Of a DNA stretch of 29,596 bases, positions 16,646-25,945 are shown piece by piece; the stretch's first letter is position 1; each line of letters starts with the position of its first letter. Under the pieces are notes generated by a model. The model worked only from the letters and a program-made list of their open reading frames with translations, made no database searches and was not told the origin of the DNA. Position numbers and translations under genes: made by a program. Origin of the DNA: an uncultured Gammaproteobacteria bacterium (lineage in GTDB: Bacteria; Patescibacteriota; Patescibacteriia; Patescibacteriales; WJLG01); the NCBI GenBank assembly GCA_964486475.1, contig CAZALZ010000013.1, positions 1 to 29,596 on the forward strand, written 5' to 3'.

Positions 16646-16706
16646 GTAGTATGTAGTATGCAGTATGGAATCTAGACCATACTACTTACTACATATTCCA
16701 TACTAC
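16646..16706. promoter_or_regulatory. Long imperfect inverted repeat (element A of the GTAGTATGG family), ends 10 nt before the hsp20 ATG
   Basis: Left arm GTAGTATGTAGTATGCAGTATGG, spacer aatctaga, right arm CCATACTACTTACTACATATTCCATACTAC. Both arms are tandem TAGTATG-like heptamers. Confidence 0.5.
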
Positions 16707-16715
16707 CAAAATTAT

Positions 16716-17147
16716 ATGCCTAATTTAATTAAATGGAGTCCATTTTTCGACGGGTTCGAAGATATGGACAAAATGTTTTCCGAATTTGTGCCGGTTGTCA
16801 GACGCGGCGACGCTGGCGGGTTTGTTCCGGCTATCGACGTCTATGAAGACAAAGGCAATCTGATCGTGGAAACGCAATTGGCCGGAATCGATCCGGAAAA
16901 AGTTTCCATCGCCATTGAGAATGATGTTTTAACCATCAAGGGCGAGAGCGAAAAGAAAAGCGAAGTCGAGGATAAAGATTATTATAGAAAAGAAATTAGG
17001 CGCGGTTCGTTTTTCCGCACGATCCAGTTGCCGGCCCATGTTGATGGCGATAAAGCTTCGGCCATTTCCGAGTCAGGTATTTTGAAAATTTCTATCCCGA
17101 AGCGGGAAGAATCCCAACCAAAAACAATTAAAATTGAAAAAAAATAA
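16716..17147 (+). CDS. Small heat shock protein, Hsp20/alpha-crystallin family
   Basis: Alpha-crystallin domain (PAIDVYEDKGNLIVETQLAGIDPEKVSIAIENDVLTIKGE...FFRTIQLP...GILKISIPK). The start is preferred at MPNLIKWSPF (16716); the track start 16665 lies inside the inverted repeat. Confidence 0.8.
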   Translation: MPNLIKWSPFFDGFEDMDKMFSEFVPVVRRGDAGGFVPAIDVYEDKGNLIVETQLAGIDPEKVSIAIENDVLTIKGESEKKSEVEDKDYYRKEIRRGSFFRTIQLPAHVDGDKASAISESGILKISIPKREESQPKTIKIEKK

Positions 17148-17163
17148 TATTAGCTGTTGGCAA

Positions 17164-17220
17164 TATGTAGTATGTAATATGGAATTTAAACTATACACCA
17201 TACTGCATATCCCATGCTAC
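17164..17220. promoter_or_regulatory. Long imperfect inverted repeat (element B), ends 14 nt before the dnaK ATG
   Basis: Left arm TATGTAGTATGTAATATGG, spacer aatttaaactataca, right arm CCATACTGCATATCCCATGCTAC. Confidence 0.5.
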
Positions 17221-17234
17221 AATTATAAAATTCT

Positions 17235-19154
17235 ATGAGTAAAATATTAGGAATCGACCTAGGAACAACTAACAGTGCCATGGCCATAATCGAAGGCGGA
17301 GCGCCTAAGATTCTGGAGAATGCCGAAGGAATGAGAACAACTCCTTCCATTGTCGCAATCTCTAAATCCGGCGAATGGCTGGTTGGCGCTGCGGCTAAAC
17401 GTCAGGCTGTCACCAATCCCGAGAACACCATCTTTGAGATGAAACGTTTGATCGGCCGTCACTTCAATGACGAAGAAGTTCAGCGCGATTTGAAGAATAT
17501 GCCTTACAAGATCGTGCAGGCCGGAGAAGGCGTGAAAATCATTGTTTCCGGAAAAGAATACACTCCGCAGGAAATTTCTGCCAAGGTTTTGGCGAAATTG
17601 AAAGCTGATGCTGAAGCTCGTTTGGGCGAAAAAATTACCGAAGCGATCATTACTGTTCCGGCTTATTTTGATGATTCTCAAAGACAAGCCACTAAGGATG
17701 CTGGTCAGATCGCCGGTTTGAATGTTAAGCGTATCATCAATGAGCCAACCTCAGCCGCTTTGGCTTACGGTTTGGACAAGAAGCACGGCCATCAAATCGT
17801 TGTCTACGATTTGGGCGGCGGAACTTTTGATGTTTCCATTCTTGATGTCGGCGGCGATAGCGTTATGGTTAAAGCAACTAATGGCGACACTCATTTAGGC
17901 GGCGCGGATTTTGACCAGCGCGTTATCAATTGGATTTTAGAAGAATTCCGCAAAGAGGAAGGCGTCGATCTTTCCAAAGATCCGTTGGCTTTGCAGAGAA
18001 TCAAGGAAGCGGCCGAGAAAGCCAAGATCGAATTGTCTTCTTCTATGGAGACAGAAATCAATCAGCCGTTCATAACTGTTGGTGCTGAAGGTCCGAAACA
18101 TTTAGTTAAAAAAATGACTCGCGCGAAATTGGAAGAGTTGGTCGGCGATTTGGTCGAGAAAACCATTGAGCCTTGCAAAAAGGCTTTGACCGATGCCGGT
18201 TTGAAAGTGGAGGATTTGGAAGAAGTTGTTTTGGTTGGCGGTATGACTCGTATGCCAATGGTGCAAAAATTGGTTAAAGACTTCTTTAAGAAAGAACCGA
18301 ATATGTCGGTTAATCCGGACGAAGTGGTTGCAGCTGGCGCCGCTGTTCAGGGCGGTGTCTTGCAGGGTGATGTTAAAGATATTTTGCTTTTGGATGTTAC
18401 TCCGTTGACTTTAGGTATTGAAACTTTGGGCGGCGTGGCCACTCCATTGATTGAACGCAATACCACTATCCCGACTCAAAAATCGCAAATATTTTCTACC
18501 GCAGCTGATTCTCAGACCAGCGTGGAAATCAAAGTCGTTCAAGGCGAACGCCCGATGGCGGCTGACAATAAAGTCCTGGGCAATTTTATGCTCGACGGAA
18601 TTCCGCCGGCTCCTCGCGGCGTTCCACAGGTTGAAGTTAAATTCGACATTGACGCTAACGGAATTCTGAATGTTTCCGCGATGGACAAAGCTTCCGGTAA
18701 AACTCAGAATATTACTATCACTGCTTCTTCCGGACTTTCCAAGGAAGAAGTGGAGAAGATGAAAAAAGAAGCTGAAGCGCACGCCGAGGAAGACAAGAAA
18801 AAGAAAGAAAAAATAGATTTGAAGAATCAGGCCGATGCCGCGGTTTTCCAAACCGAGAAATTGATCAAAGATATGGGCGCGAAAATGTCGCCAGAAGATG
18901 TCAAAACTTTGACCGACCATGTTGAAGATTTGAAAAAGATCAAAGACGGTGATGACATTGAAGCGATCAAAAAGAAATTGGAAGAAATGAACCAGGCTGC
19001 GCAGACCATCGGCGGGAAAATGTACCAATCCGCCCAGGGCGGACAAGCAGCCGGCGCTCAACCGGGAGCTGAACAAGCTGGCGCCGAACAACCAAAGTCC
19101 GAAGATAAAAAAGACGAAGGCCCAGTTGAAGGTGAATACGAGGAGAAAAAGTAA
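17235..19154 (+). CDS. dnaK: Chaperone DnaK (Hsp70)
   Basis: [36 protein letters not shown] and the acidic C-terminal tail. Full length 639 aa. Confidence 0.95.
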   Translation: MSKILGIDLGTTNSAMAIIEGGAPKILENAEGMRTTPSIVAISKSGEWLVGAAAKRQAVTNPENTIFEMKRLIGRHFNDEEVQRDLKNMPYKIVQAGEGVKIIVSGKEYTPQEISAKVLAKLKADAEARLGEKITEAIITVPAYFDDSQRQATKDAGQIAGLNVKRIINEPTSAALAYGLDKKHGHQIVVYDLGGGTFDVSILDVGGDSVMVKATNGDTHLGGADFDQRVINWILEEFRKEEGVDLSKDPLALQRIKEAAEKAKIELSSSMETEINQPFITVGAEGPKHLVKKMTRAKLEELVGDLVEKTIEPCKKALTDAGLKVEDLEEVVLVGGMTRMPMVQKLVKDFFKKEPNMSVNPDEVVAAGAAVQGGVLQGDVKDILLLDVTPLTLGIETLGGVATPLIERNTTIPTQKSQIFSTAADSQTSVEIKVVQGERPMAADNKVLGNFMLDGIPPAPRGVPQVEVKFDIDANGILNVSAMDKASGKTQNITITASSGLSKEEVEKMKKEAEAHAEEDKKKKEKIDLKNQADAAVFQTEKLIKDMGAKMSPEDVKTLTDHVEDLKKIKDGDDIEAIKKKLEEMNQAAQTIGGKMYQSAQGGQAAGAQPGAEQAGAEQPKSEDKKDEGPVEGEYEEKK

Positions 19155-19165
19155 TTTTCTTATAG

Positions 19166-19200
19166 ACCAACTTTTATCTTTTGATAAAGGTTGGTTTGCT
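19166..19200 (+). terminator. dnaK terminator hairpin
   Basis: ACCAACTTTTATC-tttt-GATAAAGGTTGGT is a 13-bp stem with one mismatch, followed by TTGC. Confidence 0.5.
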
Positions 19201-19212
19201 AAGAAAGTTAAT

Positions 19213-19244
19213 AATTCCCCTCTCAAGAGGGGAATTAATTTATG
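19213..19244. repeat. GC-rich palindrome AATTCCCCTC-tcaa-GAGGGGAATT followed by AATTTATG, copy 1 (intergenic, abuts the start of the 19242 gene)
   Basis: Perfect 10-bp arms. The 20-mer CCCCTCTCAAGAGGGGAATT recurs with one mismatch at 28966-28985. Confidence 0.6.
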
Positions 19245-19880
19245 CCTCTATCAGCCAGCCACATAAAATTCGCGCTTGATATGAAAGATTATTTCAAGCC
19301 GAAAAATTTGCAGGAATATTTTTCCGGCGCGGTTTATCCCGATAGCCGTTATTTCAGCGGGCTTGATAGAAAAAAGACTCATAATGAAAATTTTTGGCCG
19401 GAAGAATTTTGGCGCGGCGATGATTTTAAAAAGGGCTGGGCTTCGCACTGCATTTCCGATAGAGCATATACGATAGGAATGAAAAAAATTTTTCCTGCTT
19501 GGGTTGATTTGAATAATAATTTAGTAAAGATTGAAAATACCGCAGTAAAAATTCTTGGCGACATTTTTTCATTCGACGATCCGGAAATTAAAAAAATTAT
19601 TGATTTAATCGAAAATATTTCCGGCTTTAACAATGAAAGCCAAGAAGTAATGAAAGACCACTTGCAAACCATGAAATATTGCTATAAAAAGAGCGGTAAA
19701 GGGGAAATTTCCGATTATTCAAAGGCTATGCGGAAAACTTTGGGGGAGGAGATGGCTGAAAAGGTTATTTCTAAAGCGGAATTTTTTAATGAAGATAATG
19801 AGTTGTTAAAGGCGATAAAGAATTTTTTTCAAGAAGGAATTAAGATTGAGATTAAAAATATTTCGGCTAATTTAAATTAG
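19242..19880 (+). CDS. Hypothetical metal-dependent hydrolase, Zn-dependent phospholipase C-like N-terminal motifs
   Basis: 212 aa. Starts MPLSASHIKFALD, the MPxxxTHxxxA pattern of the Zn-dependent PLC-like family. Also GAVYPD and WASHCISD (H..D) motifs. Weak assignment. Confidence 0.45.
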   Translation: MPLSASHIKFALDMKDYFKPKNLQEYFSGAVYPDSRYFSGLDRKKTHNENFWPEEFWRGDDFKKGWASHCISDRAYTIGMKKIFPAWVDLNNNLVKIENTAVKILGDIFSFDDPEIKKIIDLIENISGFNNESQEVMKDHLQTMKYCYKKSGKGEISDYSKAMRKTLGEEMAEKVISKAEFFNEDNELLKAIKNFFQEGIKIEIKNISANLN

Positions 19881-19887
19881 TATTTTT

Positions 19888-20637
19888 ATGAAAAAGCATA
19901 CTTTGCGTACAAGATTCAAAAAAGACATCGTCTGTGAATTTGTCGCGCCAAATAAAACATCTAATAAGGTGGCGATAGTTTGCGGTGGTATGCCAGGTTA
20001 TCCTGGTAGAAATAATGAATTGCTTTTTTGGCTGGCGCGTCGCGAGTATTGGGCCTTTTTGCCGAGATATCGCGGTACCTGGGAAAGCAACGGAAAATTT
20101 TTAGAAAAATCTCCGCAGCAAGACATTTTAGATATTATTAATGAGTTGCCGAAAGGTTTTAATAATTTATGGAATGGCGAAATTTTAAAAATAAAAAACC
20201 CGCAGATATATTTGTTCGGTTCCAGTTTTGGCGGACCGGCCGTTATTCTTAACTCCGGAGATCTGAGAATAAAAAAAGCAATAGTTTTTTCTCCGGTTGT
20301 TGATTGGCGCAAAGAAAGCAGGGTTGAACCGCTGGAGTGGATGGGGAAATTTGCCAAATCGGCTTTTGGCAACGGTTATCGTTTTGACAAAAAAGATTGG
20401 CGGAAGTTATCCAGTGGAAAATTTTACAATCCGGCAACGGCAACAGAAAAAATTAATCCGAAAAAAGTTTTGATTTTTCATGCCAAAGACGATAAAATTG
20501 TGGAGTTTAATCCGGTTAAAGAATTTGCCGAAAAAACGGGCTGCCGTTTCATTGCCTTAAATAAAGGCGGGCATATATCGTTTCGGAATATTATGAAGCC
20601 GGAATTTTGGAAAAAAATTAAAAAATTTATAAAATAA
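19888..20637 (+). CDS. Alpha/beta hydrolase
   Basis: GXSXG nucleophile elbow (LFGSSFGGP), later HAKDD and GGH. 249 aa. Confidence 0.65.
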   Translation: MKKHTLRTRFKKDIVCEFVAPNKTSNKVAIVCGGMPGYPGRNNELLFWLARREYWAFLPRYRGTWESNGKFLEKSPQQDILDIINELPKGFNNLWNGEILKIKNPQIYLFGSSFGGPAVILNSGDLRIKKAIVFSPVVDWRKESRVEPLEWMGKFAKSAFGNGYRFDKKDWRKLSSGKFYNPATATEKINPKKVLIFHAKDDKIVEFNPVKEFAEKTGCRFIALNKGGHISFRNIMKPEFWKKIKKFIK

Positions 20638-20642
20638 AATTT

Positions 20643-21047
20643 ATGGAAAAATTAACAATGAAAACCGGTGAGGAAGTTGACAATTCGAAAATCGAAGAAA
20701 GAAAAATCGCAATTGATCCGGAAACATCAGAAATATTTAAAGAATTTCCAGTTAATAGCGATTTTGGCATAAACTGCTGGCAAGGTCCGCACTTTTTTAA
20801 TTTGGTCATTCCAAAGAATATTTTTAAAAAAATCGGGCCGGGCGATCCGCGCATAGAAGCTTTGTCAAAGACTTTCGGTGCCAAAGAAGATGCTGATGTT
20901 TACTCCGTTAAATTACCGCTTTCCGCCTCTGAGGGTAAGGTTTTAGAATCTCCGGAAGAGACAGAAGCGAGAATTCAAAAAATAATTGATGTTATAGAAA
21001 GAGCGTATAAGGATAGTTTAGCGGGTAATTTAAAAGAAATAAAATAA
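20643..21047 (+). CDS. Hypothetical protein (134 aa)
   Basis: ORF 6 nt after the previous gene; no family recognised. Confidence 0.45.
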   Translation: MEKLTMKTGEEVDNSKIEERKIAIDPETSEIFKEFPVNSDFGINCWQGPHFFNLVIPKNIFKKIGPGDPRIEALSKTFGAKEDADVYSVKLPLSASEGKVLESPEETEARIQKIIDVIERAYKDSLAGNLKEIK

Positions 21048-21082
21048 TAGTCGAAGAATGTTTTAATAAATAAAATATTAAT

Positions 21083-21370
21083 ATGGAAAACAATCAAAAC
21101 AAGCCGCCAGAAATTAAAATCGCGGATAATCTTCCAGGCGGCGAATACGCCAATGCCATGCAGGTAATTTTCAGCAAAGACGAATTTACCTTGCCGTTTT
21201 TTAATTTAGTCGGCAATACCGGCCGCGTGGTGGCGAAAATTATTTCCAATCCCGGCCATTACAACAGAATGGTTGCGGTTATGGAAAAATCTCTGAAGGA
21301 ATATGAAGGTAAATTCGGCGCGATTAAAGAGGCGGCGGAGTTGAATAAAGAGATTGGATTTAAAGCTTAA
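21083..21370 (+). CDS. DUF3467-like small protein
   Basis: 95 aa. The pattern GGEYANAMQVIFSKDEFTLPFF fits the YAN...EF.L.F core of DUF3467. Confidence 0.45.
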   Translation: MENNQNKPPEIKIADNLPGGEYANAMQVIFSKDEFTLPFFNLVGNTGRVVAKIISNPGHYNRMVAVMEKSLKEYEGKFGAIKEAAELNKEIGFKA

Positions 21371-21372
21371 TA

Positions 21373-21444
21373 GTAGCATGCAGCAGATAGTATGGTATAT
21401 GGTTTTTGCAACCGCCATATTACATGCCGCATATTCCATACTAC
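21373..21444. promoter_or_regulatory. Long imperfect inverted repeat (element C), ends 4 nt before the dnaJ ATG
   Basis: Left arm GTAGCATGCAGCAGATAGTATGGTATATGG, spacer tttttgcaaccg, right arm CCATATTACATGCCGCATATTCCATACTAC. Confidence 0.5.
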
Positions 21445-21448
21445 AAAA

Positions 21449-22525
21449 ATGAGTAAAGATTATTATAAAATTTTAGGAGTGGAAAGAAGTGCCGGCGCTG
21501 ATGAAGTCAAGAAGGCGTTTTTAAGGTTGGCTCATGAATATCATCCCGATAAGACCGGCGGCGACGATGCGAAATTTAAAGAAATTAATGAGGCCTACCA
21601 AGTTTTGGGAAATAAAGAAAAACGCGCGCAATATGATCAATTCGGCTCGGCGGGACCGAACATGGGAGGATTTGGCGCCGGTCGAGGATTTGGCGGTTTT
21701 CAGGGTGGAGGAATGAATATTAATATGGATGATCTGGGTGAAATGTTCGGGGGATTCGGGGATATTTTCGGTTTTGGCTCTTCTCGCTCTAGTCGCGGAA
21801 AATCAAGGCGCGGAGCAGATATCGAAGCTGAACTGACCGTTGACTTTGAAGAAGCGGTTTTCGGCGCGGAAAAGGAAGTTTCTTTGCGTAAAAAAATAAT
21901 TTGCGATCGTTGCCATGGTTCCGGCGCCGAGCCAGGAGCGAAAATGGAAAACTGCTCCACTTGCGGCGGACGCGGGAGGATTCGTTATGTCCAACAAACC
22001 ATTTTGGGTGATATTCAAACCGAAACCACTTGCCGCGCCTGCAACGGCGAAGGAAAGATTCCTTCTCAGAAATGCGCTAAATGCCACGGGAGCGGGGCAA
22101 TTAATGACAGTGTTAAATTTAAAGTTAAAATTCCGGCCGGCGTGGATGATGGCGGACGCATCCGCTTAGCCGGTTATGGCGAAGCCGGAGATAAAGATGC
22201 CGGTGCCGGTGATTTGTATTTAAATATCCGCGTGCGCCATAGTTCCAAATTTGTCCGAGAAGATTATGATATTCTTACTAAAAAAGAAATAACTTTTACT
22301 CAGGCGGCCTTGGGTGATAAAGTGGAAATTGAAACCATCCACGGTAAAGTGGAGTTGAAAATCCCGGAAGGCACTCAGTCGGGAACGGTTTTCAAATTAA
22401 AAAATAAAGGGATTCCGCATATCGGCAGTAAAATTACGGGCGATCATTTGGTGGAGATCATAATTAAAACGCCTAAAAATTTAACTGGTAAGCAGAAAAA
22501 AACTTTAAAAGAATTAAACATTTAA
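21449..22525 (+). CDS. dnaJ: Chaperone DnaJ (type I: J-domain, G/F, four CxxCxGxG zinc fingers, C-terminal domains)
   Basis: DYYKILGV...HPDK J-domain, Gly/Phe-rich linker, and CDRCHGSG / CSTCGGRG / CRACNGEG / CAKCHGSG. Start set to MSKDYY (21449), not the track start 21392 inside the repeat. Confidence 0.9.
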   Translation: MSKDYYKILGVERSAGADEVKKAFLRLAHEYHPDKTGGDDAKFKEINEAYQVLGNKEKRAQYDQFGSAGPNMGGFGAGRGFGGFQGGGMNINMDDLGEMFGGFGDIFGFGSSRSSRGKSRRGADIEAELTVDFEEAVFGAEKEVSLRKKIICDRCHGSGAEPGAKMENCSTCGGRGRIRYVQQTILGDIQTETTCRACNGEGKIPSQKCAKCHGSGAINDSVKFKVKIPAGVDDGGRIRLAGYGEAGDKDAGAGDLYLNIRVRHSSKFVREDYDILTKKEITFTQAALGDKVEIETIHGKVELKIPEGTQSGTVFKLKNKGIPHIGSKITGDHLVEIIIKTPKNLTGKQKKTLKELNI

Positions 22526-22584
22526 TTTTAAATTTTATTTTAACGTAGGAACAGAGAGGGTATTTCCGATTTAGCAGTAAAAAT

Positions 22585-24090
22585 ATGAGTAATAAAGTTT
22601 TATTGATAATTTGCGACGGTTTGGGATATAGCGAAAATATTAAATATAATGCCGTAATGGAGGCCAACACTCCGAATTTGGATGAGTTTTATAAAAAATA
22701 TCCATATGCCCTTTTAGCGGCTTCCGGAGAGGCAATTGGCTTGCCGGAAGGCCAGATGGGGACATCTGAAGCTAATCATTTGGTAATTGGTTCCGGCAGG
22801 GTCGTTTATCAAAATTTAGTTAAAATTAATCGCGCCGTGAAATCTGGAGAATTAAAAAGCAACCCGGCCATAATTGAAGCTTTTAATCATGTTAAAAAAT
22901 ATAATAGCGTTTTGCATATCAAAGGGATTCTCGGTCCGGGCGGAGTTCATGGTCACAGCGATCATATTAAGGGCTTAATAAAGGCCGCTAAAGATTTCGG
23001 AGTAAAAAATATTTTATTGCATCTCTTTACCGACGGCCGTGATACCGCTCCGCGAAGCGCCTTGGAATATATCGCCGATCTGGAAGGATTTTTCGCAGAG
23101 GAGGGTATTGGGAAAATCGCTTCTTTGGGGGGGCGCTATTATGGTATGGATAGAGATAACAACGCGGACCGCACGGAGAAACATTTTAAAATAATGACAG
23201 CGAAGGACGGACCGAAATATCCGAGCGCCAAAAAAGCGATAGAAGAGGCTTATAAAAATAATTTAACTGATGAGTTTATTGAGCCGGCTTTGATAGAAAT
23301 CGGACCCGGTGAATATGGCTGCGTTCAGTCTAATGACGCTGTTATTTTCGCCAACTTCCGCTCCGACCGCGCCAAACAACTGGCTAAGCGTTTTGTTAAC
23401 GGCGGGTTTAAAAATTTACAATATGTCGCGATGACCAAATATGACGACGACCTTGATATTCGCACGGCTTTTCCGCCGGAAGAAATAAGAAATACTTTAA
23501 GCGAGGTTGTTTCTCAAAACGGTTTAAAGCAATTAAAAATCACTGAAACGGAAAAATTTACTCATCTGACTTTTTTCTTTAATGCGCAAAAATATGAAGC
23601 CGAAAGCGGCGAGGAGAGAATTTTGATTGATAGCAATAAAGACGTGAAGACTCATGATGAAAAACCGGAGATGAAAGTTTTTGAAATCGCAGAGGAATTA
23701 GAGAAGGCTTTAGCCGAGAATAAATATGATTTTATCGCCGCCAATTTGGTAAATTGCGATATGGTCGGGCATACGGGGAATTCTTCCGCTATAATCAAGG
23801 CGGTTGAAGCGGTGGATGAAGTTTTGGGAAAAATTTTTAAAGCCGCCCGTTCCGCCGGGTATGAAGTTATTATTACCGCTGATCATGGTAATGCCGAGCA
23901 GATTTTTGATGAGTTTTCCGGCCAAGTCATGACCTCGCATACTTTAAATCCCGTGCCGTTTATTCTTCTTTCTGAAAAATATGAAAAATTAAACAAACCA
24001 GAGGGATTGCTTTCCGATGTGGCGCCGACAATTTTGAAAATAATGGGTTTGCCGGTACCGACTGAGATGACTGGGCGTCCTTTAATTTGA
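22585..24090 (+). CDS. gpmI: 2,3-bisphosphoglycerate-independent phosphoglycerate mutase
   Basis: LLIICDGLGYSEN, ANLVNCDMVGHTG, ITADHGNAE. 501 aa. Confidence 0.9.
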   Translation: MSNKVLLIICDGLGYSENIKYNAVMEANTPNLDEFYKKYPYALLAASGEAIGLPEGQMGTSEANHLVIGSGRVVYQNLVKINRAVKSGELKSNPAIIEAFNHVKKYNSVLHIKGILGPGGVHGHSDHIKGLIKAAKDFGVKNILLHLFTDGRDTAPRSALEYIADLEGFFAEEGIGKIASLGGRYYGMDRDNNADRTEKHFKIMTAKDGPKYPSAKKAIEEAYKNNLTDEFIEPALIEIGPGEYGCVQSNDAVIFANFRSDRAKQLAKRFVNGGFKNLQYVAMTKYDDDLDIRTAFPPEEIRNTLSEVVSQNGLKQLKITETEKFTHLTFFFNAQKYEAESGEERILIDSNKDVKTHDEKPEMKVFEIAEELEKALAENKYDFIAANLVNCDMVGHTGNSSAIIKAVEAVDEVLGKIFKAARSAGYEVIITADHGNAEQIFDEFSGQVMTSHTLNPVPFILLSEKYEKLNKPEGLLSDVAPTILKIMGLPVPTEMTGRPLI

Positions 24091-24100
24091 ATTTAAAAAA

Positions 24101-24133
24101 ATCGGCGAGTCGAAAGGCTTGCCGATTTTTTTA
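24101..24133 (+). terminator. gpmI rho-independent terminator
   Basis: ATCGGCGAG-tcgaaagg-CTTGCCGAT followed by a T6 run. Confidence 0.7.
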
Positions 24134-24190
24134 TAATTATTCGTTTAAGCGGCTATTTTAAAAATCTATCTTTTCTGTTATTCTTAACAT

Positions 24191-25282
24191 ATGAAAAAAT
24201 TAATAATATTGTTTTTATTTTTTATTCCTTTTTTAACTGTTAAGGCTCAAGATTCTGGTAGTATCGAGAATTTTGAAGCGCAAGTTGTGGAAGTGATAGA
24301 ACAGAAAAAATTTACCGATCAGAACGGAGAAGAAAATATCCGGCAGAATTTGCTTTTGCGCGGTCTGAGCGGTTCTTGGCGCGGAGAAGAGATAAGGTAT
24401 GACGGAATTGGTGCGGCCGACACCGTTAGCGCCCAGCTTTATGAAGTGGGCGATAAAGTTTTGGTGCAGAAAACAACCACGCCGGAAGGCGAGAGCAATT
24501 TTTACATCACCGATTATGTCCGCCGCGGCTGGCTTTATCTTTTGACTGTTATTTTTTGTTTGATTGTTTTGGCGGTCGGCGGCTGGAAGGGCGGCCGGTC
24601 CTTATTGAGTTTAGTTTTAAGCTTTTTTGTAATAATAAAATTCGTAATTCCCCTTATTGTTTCCGGATACAGTCCGCTTTTGGTTTCACTTTTCGGTTCC
24701 TTTATTATTTTGGGTTTGTTGATATATGTAACCGAAGGTTTTAGTATTAAATCGCATTTGGCAATGGTTTCCATGTTTTTTTCTTTAGCCGCTACTTTGG
24801 GTTTGTCAGTTTTGTTTTCCGGCTTGGCTCGTTTAACCGGATTAGCTAGTGAAGAAGCTGGTTTTTTAATCGGTTTAACCGATTCGCCGATAAATTTCCG
24901 CGGTTTGCTTTTGGCCGGTTTTTTAATCGGTGCCGTCGGGGTTTTGGATGATGTGGTCGTTGGTCAGATTGAGGCGGTGCGCCAAATAAAAGAAGCCAAT
25001 CCTTATATGTCTTTTTGGAAACTTTTTCGTTCAGCTTATAAAGTCGGCAACACCCATTTAAGCGCCATAGTCAATACTTTGTTTTTGGTTTATGCCGGCG
25101 CGTCATTGCCGTTATTAATTCTTTTTTCTTTAGGAGAGAATTCATCCATTACTTTCTCGGGAGCTCTTAATAATGAATTAATAGCCACGGAAATCGTTCG
25201 TACCTTAGTCGGCTCAATCGGCGTAGCTTTATCTATCCCGATTTCCACTTTACTGGCGGCAAAATGGCTGAAGATTAAATGA
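24191..25282 (+). CDS. YibE/F-like integral membrane protein
   Basis: Signal peptide, roughly 100-aa extracytoplasmic domain, then 6-8 TM helices. Architecture and length fit the YibE/F family. Confidence 0.5.
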   Translation: MKKLIILFLFFIPFLTVKAQDSGSIENFEAQVVEVIEQKKFTDQNGEENIRQNLLLRGLSGSWRGEEIRYDGIGAADTVSAQLYEVGDKVLVQKTTTPEGESNFYITDYVRRGWLYLLTVIFCLIVLAVGGWKGGRSLLSLVLSFFVIIKFVIPLIVSGYSPLLVSLFGSFIILGLLIYVTEGFSIKSHLAMVSMFFSLAATLGLSVLFSGLARLTGLASEEAGFLIGLTDSPINFRGLLLAGFLIGAVGVLDDVVVGQIEAVRQIKEANPYMSFWKLFRSAYKVGNTHLSAIVNTLFLVYAGASLPLLILFSLGENSSITFSGALNNELIATEIVRTLVGSIGVALSIPISTLLAAKWLKIK

Positions 25283-25430
25283 TTTTTCAATAATTCGGCG
25301 CGATATTTTATTCAAGCTCTTGCAAGAAAAATTTATAATCGGCGTATTATCAGGCAGAAGAGCTCTCTTAATAAATTAATATTTCGCCGAAATGTTAAAG
25401 GGTTTCTTTGATATTTCGAAAAGAATATTC

Positions 25431-25925
25431 ATGAAAAATAAAAAAATTATCATTGCCGGTTTGGCTTTGCTGGCTTTAGGAGTCGTTTCTTGCCCATTCT
25501 ATGCCAATGCTTCTACTGATTCTTCTGCTGGTTCGAATCGAAAAATGAGGGGCGGTGAAAAGCCTGACAATCGCCCAGAAATGGCTTCAACGACTTCTGT
25601 TGAATTTGAACAGAAAAAAGCCGAGCAGGAGGCCAAGCAAGAGGCGCTAAACGAAGCTTTGTCCAGCGGCGATTATAATGCTTGGACAGAAGCTGTTGGT
25701 AGTGATGGTAAAATGTTTGATAAAATAACCGCTGATAATTTTTCCAATCTTTCTGAAGCTTATAAGCTAATGAAAGAGGCTGAAAGTTTGCTGGAAGATG
25801 CCGGACTGGATGGCGGAATGGGGATTTTAAACGGTTTTGGTTTAGACGGTCGACATGGGGGATTTCATGATTTTAAAAAATTGGAGGCGGGGCAAAATAG
25901 CGCGGAGCAACAAATAAATAATTAA
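25431..25925 (+). CDS. Secreted hypothetical protein
   Basis: Signal peptide MKNKKIIIAGLALLALGVVSCPFYANA. No family recognised. The track ORF starts 39 nt earlier. Confidence 0.45.
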   Translation: MKNKKIIIAGLALLALGVVSCPFYANASTDSSAGSNRKMRGGEKPDNRPEMASTTSVEFEQKKAEQEAKQEALNEALSSGDYNAWTEAVGSDGKMFDKITADNFSNLSEAYKLMKEAESLLEDAGLDGGMGILNGFGLDGRHGGFHDFKKLEAGQNSAEQQINN

Positions 25926-25945
25926 TTTAAATTTTCCGTTTAAGC

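Noticed and set aside
16646-16706. Possibility that the TAGTATG-unit repeats are a CRISPR array or minisatellite
   Set aside because: The units are 7 nt, contiguous with no spacers, and arranged as inverted arms under 70 bp. The four copies are dispersed at gene 5' ends. This is not CRISPR architecture.
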